NCBI GenBank assembly: GCA_040954595.2
Contig: JBECUI020000038.1
Span: 62,001 to 126,000, forward strand
Length of the DNA stretch: 64,000 nucleotides
Source of the DNA: Balanoglossus misakiensis
Lineage: Eukaryota > Animalia > Hemichordata
Direction of reading: 5' to 3'
Shown here: positions 41,319-55,487 of the stretch, piece after piece
Layout of the letters: every line of letters begins with the position of its first letter
How positions within the stretch are numbered: position 1 is the stretch's first letter
The notes under the pieces: model-generated
What the model was told of the DNA's origin: nothing
Database searches by the model: none
The model's input: the letters and a program-made list of their open reading frames with translations, nothing else
Program-made: the position numbers and the translations under genes

Positions 41319-43548
41319 TTATGTATGCAAAAATCCTAACATGATATCTCTGTCTACTTGTTTATCCTGATAGGAAAATTGTTAGAATAAAAATATCAAA
41401 GATATTTCTTCCTAACGCTGCATACACTATGTACATACTCTAGCAGTCTTGAAAGTACACTGAAATGTTTGTCAAAAGCTCTTCTTAAAAACTGCATAAC
41501 ATACCAAACTTTCAGTACAATATAAGCAATATCCGGAAAAAAATTAAACCAACTTAGCATCTTATGCAAAATGAAAGAAATTGAGGAATCGTGTCCCCCC
41601 TTCCCTTCAGCACTATACATGATTCTACAGCCTCAAGGTGTCATTCTTCACACAAACATAAAATGAATGGCTGAAATTCTAGAAATGTAGAAACAATGAC
41701 ATGTGAATATTGTTATTAAAAATGTGATTTTAATCGTTTGGCAACTATGGTCACTTCCTAATAATTGACTATATTTCTTAACATGCATCTAATAGTTTGA
41801 TTCTACCATGCTTGTCACGGATTTTGCCGATCACCAAACACAAAACACAACAAAATGGTTTAACAGTTTCACAAGCCATATGCCTAAAACAGGGACATCA
41901 TCAGTTCATATGTATGGCCAGTCTGGCTACAGAGGTGAACTGACTATGTATATGCATGGGATTCTTTTATATCCCTTTGGTCACGTGACCAGTTTATATA
42001 TTTTCTGCTATTTCCCCAAGGGATTCATAGTCGATTCTATTTTCTTATCACCTGACGGATTCTGGCGAATCATGACACAGTGTTAGCATGAGGTATGTTA
42101 TAAATACAGATATTACATACATACCGGTATTCAAATGAACTAATGGTTCGGTCCAAATCCATTGTTTCTGTTGGAAAAGTTGGATGTCTACACAGGGAAC
42201 TGGGGGTGAATGGTGAGAGTGCTAAGAAAAAAGGCTGATGGTAATTTTCCATTTTTATCTAACCTGTATACATGTGTGTGCTTAATCTTTCCCAATAATG
42301 CTGACACACAACAAGTTAATTGTTTTACAAAACTCTCCTTGAGAGTCAAATGAAGGCACCTGATATAAGCCCAAAGACTTCATTCTTTTCCACACACCAC
42401 TTTTCTCTTTTCAAAGAGCTCCATTTCAAATTGTGTACACAAACAATGTCATTGTCACTGCCCAAGCCCAAACTTTCAAATTACAATGTGACATTTCAAA
42501 ACACTGTTAGACTTCCCAATGAAACATTAACTCTGGATCGGTATCCATTCAAATTAGTGACAGCCCCGGGGTTAGATTGTTGTTAATTTTGTTATAATGG
42601 TGATATTTAATTGTTTGGCTTTAACAAAAATTATTACATGGACGTATAAACGTGTTATGTCCACACATATGCTGTGAGTTCAGCTTCAATCCAATTTCAT
42701 AACAAATTATTCAACAACAAAAATAGAAAATGAACATCAAGAGCTAGTGACTTCGTGGCTTTCACATGATAAATATACATTGCCCCATGCTAGAGTGTAA
42801 TATTAACATGTCTCATACAACCTACAATTCTCTGTATATAACCAAACACATTCATTATAGCTGCATTAGTTGGGTCACATAATCTGGAACCAGATAGGCT
42901 GACCTGAGCAATCCATGTTTTTGCAAGTGTTGTATTGTCACTGTTATAGTGTGACTTCTTTGGTGTAATGCTGCAATGAACATGTGAGTTTCAATTGGAT
43001 AGATAAATGACCAATAACACAAAGTCTGTGATTGGGTAATACAAATGATTGGTATACAACTGGAAGTTCTGACACTGAAAGAGCTGTCTATTGCTCTCTT
43101 CCCTGAGGGAGCGATATAGAGTAACTTTAGAGATACATTCTCCAATGATCAGGAGTTAATAAGGTATTAGTCTAGTATATAGCTGTATTTTATCTGCTTT
43201 GCTTTCAAAAAACTATGCATGCCACTGGCCCAATAAAGCATGATACCCCTTGCAGGGAATCGTGATGTAATTAGCATTACTTTGAAGTCAATCACGGACT
43301 TTGTTTTTCCAATGATTGGTCAAAGGATACATATGTGTGATTAAGGATTGGTACCATTTTAAATTTAAATTAGCCTTGCCTTTACTATAACCTTACACAC
43401 AATCGCCATTGTTCAGTTTATGTCAGTGACTTTAAGGGGGATGGTAGTTACATCACAATTCCCAGCAAGAGCTATCAGGCTTTATTGGGCCAGTGGCATG
43501 CATCACTCTTGATGTTAGTTTTGGAAGTGGAAAAAATATGGCTATATA

Positions 43549-43753
43549 CTGTAAAACATGAAATTTTCGCAACGGGAAATTTTCATAATATCAAATGTGG
43601 CAACTGTTATGCAACGATTAATTTTCGCATTCTCGAATTTCAATTCATCATTATTTCTGAAAAACATGTTTACGCGACTTTTTAGTTTCGTGTTTTTTTA
43701 GCACTTGCATGATTCGGGCGAATTTATCTCTCATGAAAATTTCCCATTTTACA
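43549..43753. mobile_element. TA-flanked MITE (Tc1/mariner-type)
   Basis: ta|ctgtaaaacatgaaattttc ... gaaaatttcccattttaca|ta; imperfect TIRs. Confidence 0.65.
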
Positions 43754-44242
43754 TACATCCTAAGTATCATTTTTTCACACCAGAAGACAATGCACAGTTG
43801 CTTTGTGTATGGCATACTTTGTATTACAATAGACACTGACAACTAGTTACATCCTCCCAGCATACAAATATGGTTATATTGCAATAAGGCATTATGATGG
43901 AAACAATGTAAAGCTAATGCAAGAATTAGTACAGACCGAGTATATTATGTTACTACACTGGAATAACAATTTCGTGTTATTTGATCTGTTTAAATTTTTT
44001 TTTTTAAATCAAGGAACACTGAAGAATGAGTGGAGGTGATAGCTTTGGAATGGATATGTCTGTATACAGTAAATGAGAGTGATAAATATTCCAAATCCCC
44101 AATACTTGACTGTCTGGAAAAAACCTTGAGAATTTTCTGACATTTCTTTGGGCATCTGGGTTTCATTTAGTATATAGAAGTTACAACGGTAATGAAGGCA
44201 TGAACAGTCTCCTGTTCATTATAGTCAGTTTCCTGTAAGAAT

Positions 44243-44491
44243 TTATTGATTCGGAATATCAAAAAGACTCATGTCAACAGCCAGCAGATTACTACATGAT
44301 TGTTGCAGTGTTTGTTGCATGCTGGGTGCCAAGTCCATCTGAGGTACCTGTGGTCGCGGCCGTGGCTGTTGTCCTAGTTACAGCTGTAGTTGTTGTTGTT
44401 GTGATAACTGTTGCTGTTGTTGTTGTTGTTGCCATGTTTGTTGTTGTGGTGGTGGAATGGTTGCTTTTGTTCCGCTGGCTTGTTGCTGCTG
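44243..44491 (-). pseudogene. Terminal CAA-rich exon (Gln-rich in phase 0 with one internal TAA; Thr-rich in phase 1)
   Basis: Acceptor ttttgtttgtatttaactgcag. Phase 0 reads QQQQASGTKATIPPPQQQTWQ...QLQL*LGQQPRPRPQVPQMD...DMSLFDIPNQ*. Confidence 0.65.
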
Positions 44492-46056
44492 CTGCAGTTA
44501 AATACAAACAAAACAGTTTTCTTTTAAAGTCACTTCACAGCAAATGGCAATGTATCAGGAGACACTTCTTTTTAATTTTCTTTACATTTGTCAATCAGAC
44601 TGAAATTTAGGGCGGCATATAGTTAGTTACTGTACAATGGGAAATTGATTTAGGCTGTGTCTAAAATTGATGGTTAGTTTCAAGACCCCTGTTGACCTAA
44701 TTAATTATGTACACTCCTAATTCTAGGCTAACCAATAGATCTAGAAGTTTAGATTTTGTAGGACATAGATCAGTTTAGGATCAAAACTTTTTGACAAAAT
44801 TTTGGGTATCCACAGCAGATAATCCTTAGCATTCTGTAGGAACCCTGGGAATTGCTTGGGCCCAGTGAACACTGCTTTCAGCTTTAATTCACCATGTTCT
44901 CAGATGCAGACATTTTGAAGAGAATATGATTTAAATTCTAAGCAGACTTTTGTTAAAGTGTAATGTTCATCTAACACACATTTGCCAAAGCAGAGACTCT
45001 AGTTACAAAATTGTTATCTATGCCACAAGTGCTGTCTTAACAACAGACAAGGTGGCGGCAACCATAGTCTGTGTCATAGATTAGGAAAAGACAGCAAATT
45101 GAGTGAAAAGAAGAGACAAAACTAAATTCTTCTTATCTGGCATGCAAGAAATATAGAAGGAAGCGAAGGCAGTCCACTATATGAATGCACGCACATAAAA
45201 TTGTGCAGAATATTTGGATTGGACGTTATTTTGTACACACAAAATTAACGCATATGTGCATAAGAGTAAGATGATTGTCGTCATTTAAAACTGTCTGTCA
45301 GAGGTTATCATCAGTGCTTCCACACTGGTACCATGGAAAAACTAGAGGAATTGAAAATAAGAATGAGACAAGATTTGTTGTATTTCTTTGTCAGTAATTT
45401 AGGTCTGCTTTCCTTCCAGCTTTTCCCCCCACACTAAAACTGAACAGGTTGGACCAGTCACACCTCCCTTAATCCTATTGGTCCCAATGTTTATTTCATC
45501 AATATATCTATGGCATGCTGACTTGGACAATAATTCTGACACAAAATTGATCATGAGTGTGAACTGATTGCATAAACATTTTTCGAAAGTACTTCCTGTA
45601 AAAAGGGAGGAGGCTCCACACACCAGACTATTTTTGTTTATGTACATGACTTACACATGCGGGGGTTGTCAACTTGATGAAATAGCCATTCTCTAGATTT
45701 CCTATTGTTATAAGAGTGTACATAAACATGAAAAGTAAAATCATGAATATTAATAGATGTGGTGCGTATGGCCGATTTGAGGCAAATCAGCCATACCCAC
45801 CACGTCTAAATCTGTGTGGGGAAAAGTTGTCATGTTGGGCAAATAGTTCATTGAATTTATTCTGTGTGACTGTCAGGTCTTCAATACATTAAAATCATTT
45901 TGGGAATGGCACAGACCATGTTATTTGTACCATCAAGAAAGCTCCTTTTTGAGAAAACTGATTTCATTTTTCCCCACATAACAATTCCCAGAAGTGCCAC
46001 TGGTACCAGTCTTGGTTTTCAAAATATTCACTGTACACATTATTATGACAACTTAC

Positions 46057-46308
46057 TTGTAAGAGGTGTTTTAGTTGTTGATTTGTTGATTGTATATTGG
46101 ATGGCTGTGCTTGCACTGCTTGTTGTTGTTGTTGTTGTTACTGTTGGGCTCTCTCTTGTTGTAACCTTTGTAATTGCTGTTGTTGTTGATGTTGTTGTCT
46201 TAGAGCTATGAGTTGACTTTGTCTGGCATGTTGATCTTGCTGTTGTTTCAATTCAAGTTCTTTTTTCTGTGCCATCTCTAGATTCTTCTGCAGTGCTTGA
46301 ATATTCCT
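46057..46308 (-). pseudogene. 252-bp Gln-rich/coiled-coil exon with premature stop
   Basis: Bounded by tttcag and gtaagt. Reads RNIQALQKNLEMAQKKELELKQQQ...ERAQQ*QQQQQAVQAQPSNIQSTNQQLKHLLQ. Confidence 0.75.
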
Positions 46309-47422
46309 CTGAAAGATCAAACAAAGAAAAGTGTAAACATTCAAACATTGTCATCTGTGTCAATCTACCTACATGTAACATGACTACAGGAGCTTCAGCC
46401 AAGCCAAGCTTTTCACTTGGGAGATTATTGAAATCAATTTAAAACTCAGCAACTCCAACTTCGGGTTATTTTCTCAATACTTTTGTTTTGGCGGTCACCT
46501 TTCATTGAACAATGAATGGGCAAGTGCTCGCTCACTTCTTCACTGAATTTCACTGTTTGTTTATCTTATCATAAAAAAACTTGGGCATCGCAGTCCTTTG
46601 GACAAAAATATTCATGTGTGGTGATTTAAAATCAATGTTGCAAGAAGAAGAATTAATCACAGGATTAACGGTTTCTGATTGAAAAATACTAAATGCTTAA
46701 TATGCCATATGCCGTACACAGAGTGATCACATTAGTCAATAGGACAGCTGTTCCAAAGGACTAAAATGATGGCAACGTTTTAATATTATATTTATTTTAC
46801 AAAACCTTGCATCTGAGCTTTACTTTAAAGTACTTCCATTTACTAGTAGTACAAGTGCACATCAGTTAACATTGACAGCTAGGCATGACGTCATAGATGT
46901 AGGACTTCAAAATGGACATTCTGAACAGTGGGGGCGCTCTATCATGGTGGATTTTAATGAACATGTGTATTTAATTTCATCACTCACATTTGTCCATGGA
47001 AACTGTATTTTAACATACACTTATAGTTAAGGCATTTGCAGTATCTAGTCATATTACAGTAATACACCAGACATGTTCTTAACTCAACTAAATGTGTGTA
47101 AGTTCAATTTCTGACCTCACTCAGATTACCCAAGTCCATGTGACAAACTCTACTGCAAGTATACAGACTTGAACTCCGGAAAAACTAGTCACCTACAATA
47201 CTTGAAATGGAGCCACATCCAAAACTTGACTTTGAGATCTTTTATCAAATCAGTTTTCCTTTTAGAATTAGAACTCCCATGCAATTTTTGTGACAGAGGA
47301 AATAAATAGATTCTCAGAAAAAAACAGTTTCCTCTTTAAAGATCCAACCTTACCATAGAAAATAAAAGGTTTAGACTGAACCATAGTGGTGAAAGGGTTA
47401 AGCCAGAGCATGTATCAAAATA

Positions 47423-47592
47423 CAGTAAAACCTGTCTCAACCGAACCCTGTCTAATCTGGAAACCTGTCTATTTCAAAGACATTGTTCAAACCTTTTGAC
47501 ATAGAACCACATGTTGAAAGAACCTCTTTAAATTGTACACCTGCAATCTGAACAATTTCTTCAGTCCCTTTGGTGTTAGACAGGTTTGACTG
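47423..47592. mobile_element. Tc1/mariner (pogo/Tigger-like) MITE
   Basis: ta|cagtaaaacctgtct ... agacaggtttgactg|ta. Confidence 0.85.
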
Positions 47593-48050
47593 TACTTGAA
47601 AGTGCAATTGAACAAAAATGCTAAAAAATATAATTGCAGAGAGTCAGTATTTTAGGCTGGGCATCATCTACATAGTTCCCAGAGTCAATACTGTCACAGT
47701 AGTCCATTTCTCTATGTACCAAATTTTAATAAAACATTGCTATGCAGTCATGTTACCCTTCCAAGATGCAAACATGAGGCCAGTTGGTCACAAAGTAAAA
47801 ACTTGATTGTCTTGTGTATCAACACTATAGTTGGGACTTATGTTCGACAGCCACATTTTATTGTAAGGTCAGTTTTACACGCAACTTGTATCATGTATAC
47901 AACAAACTAGATGAGCTCGAGCAGTACTCTACTGACCGCCTTTTTCACATTGTCTGCATTGAGATGACACTTTATTTTGGAAGGCTGCCCTCTTTATGAA
48001 AAATGTCATGATTGTGTTACACGTAAAAAAGACAGAAATCAACACAACAG

Positions 48051-48235
48051 CAGTCAAACCTGCTCATTATGGCTAGTGAAGGGACTTTTCTAAACTGGCC
48101 TTTATAGATAAGTGGCCATTATACCTTGTAGAAAGTCAATTAATGTAGATGTAAATTGCACAGGGACTAGAATAAAGTGGCCACTATATAGAGGTGGCTG
48201 CCTAATAGAGGTGGCCACTCAAACAGGTTTGACTG
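48051..48235. mobile_element. Tc1/mariner (pogo/Tigger-like) MITE
   Basis: cagtcaaacctg ... caggtttgactg|ta with internal gaggtggcc repeats. Confidence 0.8.
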
Positions 48236-48376
48236 TATGTTGATTTGTGTCATGAATAGCCGACATTTACCAATGACTGATTGTACAATATATGATTTCA
48301 GTGTCACATATACATGTATAAGACACTAAGTACAAACCCATACATCTTACTTTCTCTCTAAATTGTAGATACTCAC

Positions 48377-48486
48377 CAACGCATGTATGTTGAATCCTGG
48401 TCTGCAACCACACTGGTAACTGGTTGGTGTGTTGTAACATACTCGTTGGCATGGTGACCAACCAGCTTGATCGCACTCATTGTCAT
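48377..48486 (-). pseudogene. Calcium-binding EGF exon, frameshifted
   Basis: Bounded by ccctgcag and gtgagt. Reads DDNECDQAGWSPCQRVCYNTPTSYQCGCRPGFN; the terminal TCV is out of frame (exon length 110 bp). Confidence 0.85.
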
Positions 48487-50341
48487 CTGCAGGGAAAACA
48501 CAAATATCATAAAATGTATTAGAATGAATACATGTGAATTACAGTTGTCTTTGAGTGGACATTTGAAAATATACGACAAGAGAGCAAAATTGTGTGAAAC
48601 TTAATAAATATCATCTGGCATACAACTTGGTCATATCATATGTTTATCTGTACCAGTACTGAATACTGATAAACAAACAATGTAGTAACCAAATAACATT
48701 TAACAAGGTAGTGTTTGAAAGCCAAAAATATCATGCATAAGACAACAAACTCATTGTTTTGGCTCCGAAGTGTAAACAGAGGAGTCTGTCAAGTTGGGTA
48801 TGAGCTACTACTTCCGTCTGTCAAACTACTTCCGTCCGTCAAGAATTCATACCATTTTCTAGTAGGGGTGTGTAGCTTTATGTTTTTGGCGGTGGTGTGT
48901 AGCTTTGAGGTGTTGAGGAAGAATTGGAACAGTGACAGAAATCGGAACGGATTAGCCAGCAGTGTTTTCACTACCCGCGAGAAAACAGTTGTGTTTGGCG
49001 AGACGATTTTCATACAAATTGGTCAAACTTGTGAAGAACTGCTATCTAACATCGTCATTTGTTTTGCCATGATCAACTTGCCACGATCAGTGCACTACAA
49101 TGCGTGAAATTGGACCGCTGTTCTGTTCATTGATCATCACCCCCCCCCCCTGTATCATGAACATTGTAAGGCAATACATTGAATTCAGCTCTTCCAGCTA
49201 GTGGCCGCACTCGCTTGATTTCCTGTGTGTGTCTCTGGGGACACAAATAATGCATATGCGTCTTTTTCTAATTTGCATATTTTGAATTGGTTAGGTGTGC
49301 CTTGACTTGAACGCGTCAAGCGTACAGGTTGTTATGGAAGTTTCTTTTTAGAACGACTAGTGTTAGTCTGTGGGCCCAACCAGCAAAAATAAGTTCTAGA
49401 AATGTCATTATGTTGTATAAGAGTTTTGTTCTACATGAAATTAGCTGGAAATGACAGGTGGGAAACTATTGATGTGAAATCAGGTCACTTCTACCGAAAA
49501 TGATGGACCAGAGAGCAATGACTTTTTAAAATTATTTCATATACTATGTTCACAACTGCTATGCTCCCATAAACTGGGGAAACTAAATGATTGAACTTTC
49601 TGTTTGAACAATTCATGTATTTTTTTGCTAACACCTACACTACTATAGTCAGCACATGACATTACGTATATACTTGAAAATGGAGAACTTTTTATCAAAA
49701 CACTTAAGCTGATCTTGAATGCTGTCTGATATTTTTTTTCAAAATATATTTCTTTCACGTTTAGACTAGTGCTTCTACTTGCACTGTTTTTTTTTTCAAA
49801 ACACATTTCTCATAGCTTGCACTGGTGCAATTTGATACGACAATACACAATGAATTCCATCAGTATAACATAAGATACAAAATCTGAGAGGGAAATGACA
49901 GAATATATTTGTGTGAGGCCATTTGTGTGTGCGGGCCATTTTAAGACTAAATTTAAAACAGTTATTAGAGCCATTGACAAGTGGTTTTTCCCTCTGCCAA
50001 GCACCCACCTTATCAAGCTTCATTCAATATTACATGAGCAAAACAGTTCAGCATTTCACCTTGGTGTTTGCAAATTGTTCCTTTCACCCATATACCAAAC
50101 CACTGTTCTCCAAACATGCTGCTCATCAGCCACTACACACTGAGAGAGCACCAGGTGTCCTTGACGCTATTTTTTTAAATTTCTAACTATGGAAAGTGCC
50201 TGATAACTTTTAATTATTTTCTGTTTTAACATGGTGACTGACTGTAAAGTCTGTCACTTACAACTTCTGTAAGCGCCCTTTTGAAGCAGGAAATGCAAAT
50301 CCATTGTTGACCTATCCCCTCCCCACTCAAAAAAAACTTAC

Positions 50342-50461
50342 CTAAACAATTGACATGCTCTGCACTCAGAGAGAAACCATCATCACCACAACTACAGCTG
50401 AATCCACCCTCTGCATTGAGAAAACCTCCAGCACAAACAGAATCTGAACACTCATTCACAT
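50342..50461 (-). pseudogene. Calcium-binding EGF exon (phase 1-1, 120 bp), third Cys replaced by Phe
   Basis: Bounded by ttttcag and gtaagt. Reads DVNECSDSVCAGGFLNAEGGFSCSCGDDGFSLSAEHVNCL. Confidence 0.85.
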
Positions 50462-50778
50462 CTGAAAATAGAGAGAAAAAAACATCCGTTGTAATTATTC
50501 AAGTCAATACCAATCCTCCCTTCCTTTAAAAATTTCCATAAAGTGAACAAATTCACATGGCTTTGAAATTAGTATTAACAGTGATATTTATAATATTTCT
50601 AACAGGCCTGACTTTTCTAAACTTTGAGTTTCTTTGTGGATTTGTAGAAATGATCTACAAACTGAGCTGTCAGGTCATAACTGTTTGTGCTTTGGCATGT
50701 ACACATATCCCAGTATGCCCTACATGGTTGGCAGTGAAATTGATAAAATCTTCACCTAAGATTTCAAACTCGTAGATC

Positions 50779-51185
50779 TTAATAGATTCTCACACTCCTG
50801 GCATGCTGAGAGTGTGGGATCAGAGTGTGAGAACAAATCAATCCCACACACTCACTGAATCGAAAGCTGTATATGACGCGAGCGCCGATTGGATGACAAA
50901 GCGTTTTTTAATAACGTGCGCTAAATGTTATCCAATGACACGATAAAGAAACTACATGCCAGATGACAATTCAAGAGTCATTTATTCAATGTTTTAAGAC
51001 GAATTTAGCTAATTTGTGCCCGTGTGAGAAATATAATCTCATACACAAAGGACCTATGATCATATTTCCCACACTCGTCAGGGATATTTTGTCCCACACT
51101 CGCCTGCGGCTTGTGTGGGACATAAAATCCCCAACTCATGTCAGAATTATGACCCCTAGTCCTTGGGAGTGTGAGATTCTATTAA
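50779..51185. mobile_element. Non-autonomous element with terminal inverted repeat and internal hairpin
   Basis: ttaatagattctcacactcc ... ggagtgtgagattctattaa (19/20 match); internal stem tgtcccacac-tcgcctgcggctt-gtgtgggaca. Confidence 0.7.
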
Positions 51186-52099
51186 TCTCACAACCTTAGG
51201 ACCTGGGATAAGATTTCTCAGATGAGTTGGTGATATTTTGGCTTGTGTTAGTCAACATATACCTGATAAGTGTAAAAAATTGCGTCAAGGACACAGTGGT
51301 CCCATTCAGTCTACACGGAGTACATATACACAGTCAGATCGCACGGTGCTCATTTGCATATGAAAGTTCATCAAGCGAGCGACCGTTAACTTTCAAACAG
51401 ACGGCAATAGGCCAGTTTTCAAGGTGATTTTCAACTTGATTTTTACGCTCTGTTGTGCAATAAAATACCATGTTAGCTGGATAAATTACGAAAGTGATTC
51501 CCATTTTTCACTGCATACGTAAATTTTATGAAAATCTGTGGTAATAGTAAAAGTTTTTAACGTGTTTTCGGTGGTATGTTGGTGACCCCGAAAGAGACGT
51601 CCACAAACGTGTCAAAAATCATTTGAAAACGACCTCAGAAAGTAACCAAACTTTCCTGATAGAGAGGTCTAATATCGGTCCCAACATCCGTGAAAAGAAA
51701 TTAATTTGAAATGCTTGCGTAACAGGAAGTGTTGCATTGATCGTGAAACGATAAGTTTACCATGGGGAAACAGTCTTTGAAAGGCAATTCTTAAGTAAAA
51801 CAGTTACTGGATAATGGATAACACCCTAAGGTAACATATTAGCCAAGTTTTAACTTAATTACTGGCCTGATTTCGACACAACATCGATCAATCGCCTACA
51901 AATGTAGGTCCCATATGGACAGAATGCCAGGTTTACCATACATGACTACGTACGTGTGAGGAGCACAGCTGGTGTATTTTTTTTTCTCCGTATCATGGCC
52001 TGGGATATAAGTAGATGTTTCGAATATGCAAAATGCCAACTGTAACTTCGAAACCATTTCCCTTTATTCGCTGATGATATGTGCAATAAATATTTGTGT

Positions 52100-52800
52100 C
52101 TGAAGGCAAGCAATTTTGTTTTGACTTTTGTTGTCATCATTGCATTGGGCTGAACATGACAGAGTTTGAGCTGATCAGCTGACTTCAAGTTTCGATTTGG
52201 AACATATAATTTTGATCAGACAGATATGATGGTCCAAGTCTATGAATGAATTCAAAAATAAGAAATAACATCTTGAAAACAATACGATCAGACACAGGTA
52301 ACCAATGCAACTGAAATTGCATTGATGTAAAAGGTGATTTTGGAACTAGCAGCAATATTTTGAACTTGAATACGACTGATCTCGTACTTAGGGAGCCCAA
52401 ATAAAAGTGAATTACACAAATCTATTCGAAATGCAACAAAAGCAGGAACTTTATTGCTCTGTGGCGGCTTGAGATAAATATTTACAGACAAGTGCAATAT
52501 GCTGCAAATGAAAAGCGACTGAATGGCAGATCTGTGCAATCATTGTCAGACAATGAACAGGTTTCAGAGCATCACATGAATTTCTGTAATCCCTCTGGCA
52601 GATAGATTACCCGAAGTAGCAGAAAAAATAACAAATTCAGTCTTATCGTTATTTAAACACAAGACATTTTCAGACATCCAGTACCGCATAAAGCATTCTG
52701 GGAGCATTCTCGTTGGTAAAAGACAATGAAGAGCCATCTGCATAAAAGCTATATACAGGCATCCATGACTAGAAACTAATTTCCCTAATGGAGAAGTGTA
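52100..52800 (-). mobile_element. Highly decayed L2/CR1-group LINE RT C-terminal fragment
   Basis: Motifs LCLNNDKTEFVIF, RIDLCNSLLFGLP and LHWLPVSDRIVFKML...GPSYLS spread over three frames. Confidence 0.75.
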
Positions 52801-53002
52801 CATATTAAAAAGTAGAGGACAAAGAAGTGATCGTTGTGTTACCGCAGTGTCAAGCGGATAAAATGGTGATTGTTTGGAACACGGTTATAGTAACCATGTC
52901 TGAAATTAACACATACACACTGGGTGCGATTGAAAAGGTATGACTGAAACCACAACAGGGCTGCAACCCCCAAAAGACCAAATCAATTTCTTTGATGATT
53001 CA

Positions 53003-54440
53003 TTAAATGTCATCACAGTCACCATCATTGGAATCACAATCACCATTCTTTGAATAATCAGTTTGTTTTTCTTCCGTCCAGTTATATTCATCAGTCAGTT
53101 CGTCAAAGTCAGAATCAGTCTCGTAAATATTTCCCTCTTCTTCTCTTAAAATGTCAAATTCATGTGACTCCTGTAAAATTGCATCAATGCTATTTTCCAT
53201 ATTATGATGTTCAGTATCAGTGATTGGTGATGGTGATTCTAATAGTGGTGACTTATCTGTATATTTTGGGCATACCCCATACTTTTTCGATGTGGTACAG
53301 AATCCAGGATTCCCATTATGTGGATTACTGCAGTCATTACATCGACACGCAGGGCCACAACCATTGTGGGTCTTATAACATTTACAACATCTGCTATTAC
53401 AAGTTGGCATCTTTTTGCAGCCACACCCTTTTGTTAGCAACTCCAAATTATTTTTCACTTTTTCTAAATTGGCATCACTGTCCTAAATAATATCAAGTTC
53501 GCCGTTGCTTAGTCTGTATCCATAATTATTGAATAAGGGAAACGTAACATGGCACTGATCGGCCTGGGACCATAACTGAGAGACCCAGCATGATCTTTTC
53601 CAGTGCAGTTGTAGGGCTTCAAAGGAAGGGATACATTCTTCCTCATACTGGATACGTGGGCAAATTGTTTCTCGTATATATGTAAGCCATTTGATGTGGT
53701 TATCTTTAAGACTGTTAGTGACACTGGCTACTTGTCGATAAAGTTCAAAAGGATGAGATGCATCAAATGCTTGGAAATGTTTCTTAACATAAACACTACC
53801 TTTTAAACGTATGAAAGCGAAAATTCCATTCCCTACACTGTCTACTGTTGTGTCTATCAGTGTTCCAGGTATAAGGGTGCCACTAGTTATAAATTCAGAG
53901 TATTGAAAAAATGTCTTGTAGAAAGATTTCCTTCCGATGCCTGCAAAGTATAGTCACAACCTGTGCATATGAACAGTGTTTGAAATATTTTGCCTAAATA
54001 TTGGAGGGGAATATGTTGCAAATCAGGGTCTAAATTTAAATCTGATTTGAATTGATTCATGTCTAAATAAGTGAGATTTGATAAATCATTATCAAGTTGT
54101 ACAAATATCTCCTTTTGAACATGTTGATATAGTACTGGGAGGAGAACATGATAAGTATCGGTATCAGGGGAGTAAATAACACCTTTCTTGTAAGAGGACT
54201 GAACTGCATGAAGGATGCATCTACTGTCAGCTTCTTCATGACAACTTTTGGCTTCCCACTCAGACACAATTCCATTACTACCAACGAAAAGATTCTTGTC
54301 CCTATTTTCTCCATCAAAGCCACCTGCTGTAATGAGGACCTGATCACCTTGCAGAGCCGGCACAATTATTTTTAAAGATGTGGCTGACAAGAAGTTCACT
54401 AGTTTTCTCTTGTTTGGCTTACAATTGATGTATGTTTTGA
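53003..54440 (-). pseudogene. Academ ORF 3' part: XPG/PIN-like nuclease and C-terminal Cys-rich (CXC-like) finger with acidic tail
   Basis: NKRKLVNFL, HEEADSR, SPDTD, TGCDYT, then GCGCKKMPTCNSRCCKCYKTHNGCGPACRCNDCSNP; frameshifts and a stop lie between them. Confidence 0.85.
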
Positions 54441-54444
54441 GCTA

Positions 54445-55487
54445 ATATTATTGATTACCTATTTTTTATGCATTTTTTTGTATTTTTCCATGTTATTAGT
54501 AAAAAGTCTTCATTTCTGAAAGTGATGGGCTTACTTCTTTGAAATTTAGCATGAAGCTTCCTAATGGTTGTCTGAGTAACCATAGTTTTGTTCAAATTGT
54601 TGCAAAATTTGCATATTTATAATTTTGAGCAATATTTGCCATTTTTGGTCAATTTATTTTTCTTTAAAACCGCATGCCAGATTGCTTTGCAATTTGGTAG
54701 GCATGTTCGTAGGTGTAAGTCAAGTAATATGTTGTAAAAAATGTGATATTTTCATAAATGTGTTATCGGGGAAACTTTTGCAATTTTTGTCAAAAATTGT
54801 TTTCCTGAAACTGTTTGTCATATTGCATAGAACTTTGGCAGCATGTTCCTTGTAGTGATTGAGGTAAGGTATTGTACAATTTTGTGTTTTTGCCACTTTT
54901 GAACAAATATCTTTTGTGAAACTGCTTGTTGATTGCTTTGAAATTTGTTTTTTCTCTGATTGCTTTGAAATTTGGGATATAATTTCATAACACATACATG
55001 TATATGTGCAACTTTTATTCAATTCTGATATCAGAAATATTCAATATTTAGCGAGTTTTTATGAAAGTTTCTTTGTTTTTGGTTAGCAAATCTTCTCCTT
55101 AACCAATTATCCAGTTGTTTTGAAAGTTACTGTTTACAAGGAGTCGTTACCCCCAACTTAGACATGTTTACATAACTTCAATAAGCCAGCTGTCAGAGAG
55201 ACCATGGGCTATTAAATTTTTAATTACCAGTGGCAGGTCAGTGTGTGTGTGTGTGTGTGTGTGTGTCTGTCTGTCTGTCTGTTCCAGGGCTGACTGAAAG
55301 AAGTTGCTTCTCATATGTGTTTGTACAGACAATTTTTGGTCAATTTTTGGGCATGTTCCTTGTTTTTACATTCCATATTTCTATATCGTAAGATCATATC
55401 TGCTTGCAATGTCACCTGTAATTTTTATTCTGGTGTGTCACTGTTTCTACATAATCCTCAAATGGGACCACAGTGTCCTTGACGCTA
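54445..55487. mobile_element. Composite repeat insertion replacing part of the Academ ORF
   Basis: Non-coding HINE-like motifs, (GT)n/(TCTG)n at 55240-55282 and end motif gtgtccttgacgcta; boundaries approximate. Confidence 0.55.

Noticed and set aside
44296-46211. Plus-strand Val-rich membrane-like ORFs at 44296 and 45900
   Set aside because: Antisense reading of the CAA-rich exons, whose splice sites lie on the minus strand.
53003-53458. Host tesmin/LIN54 CXC gene or metallothionein
   Set aside because: Continuous with the XPG-like fragments inside the TIRs; it is the Academ C-terminal finger.
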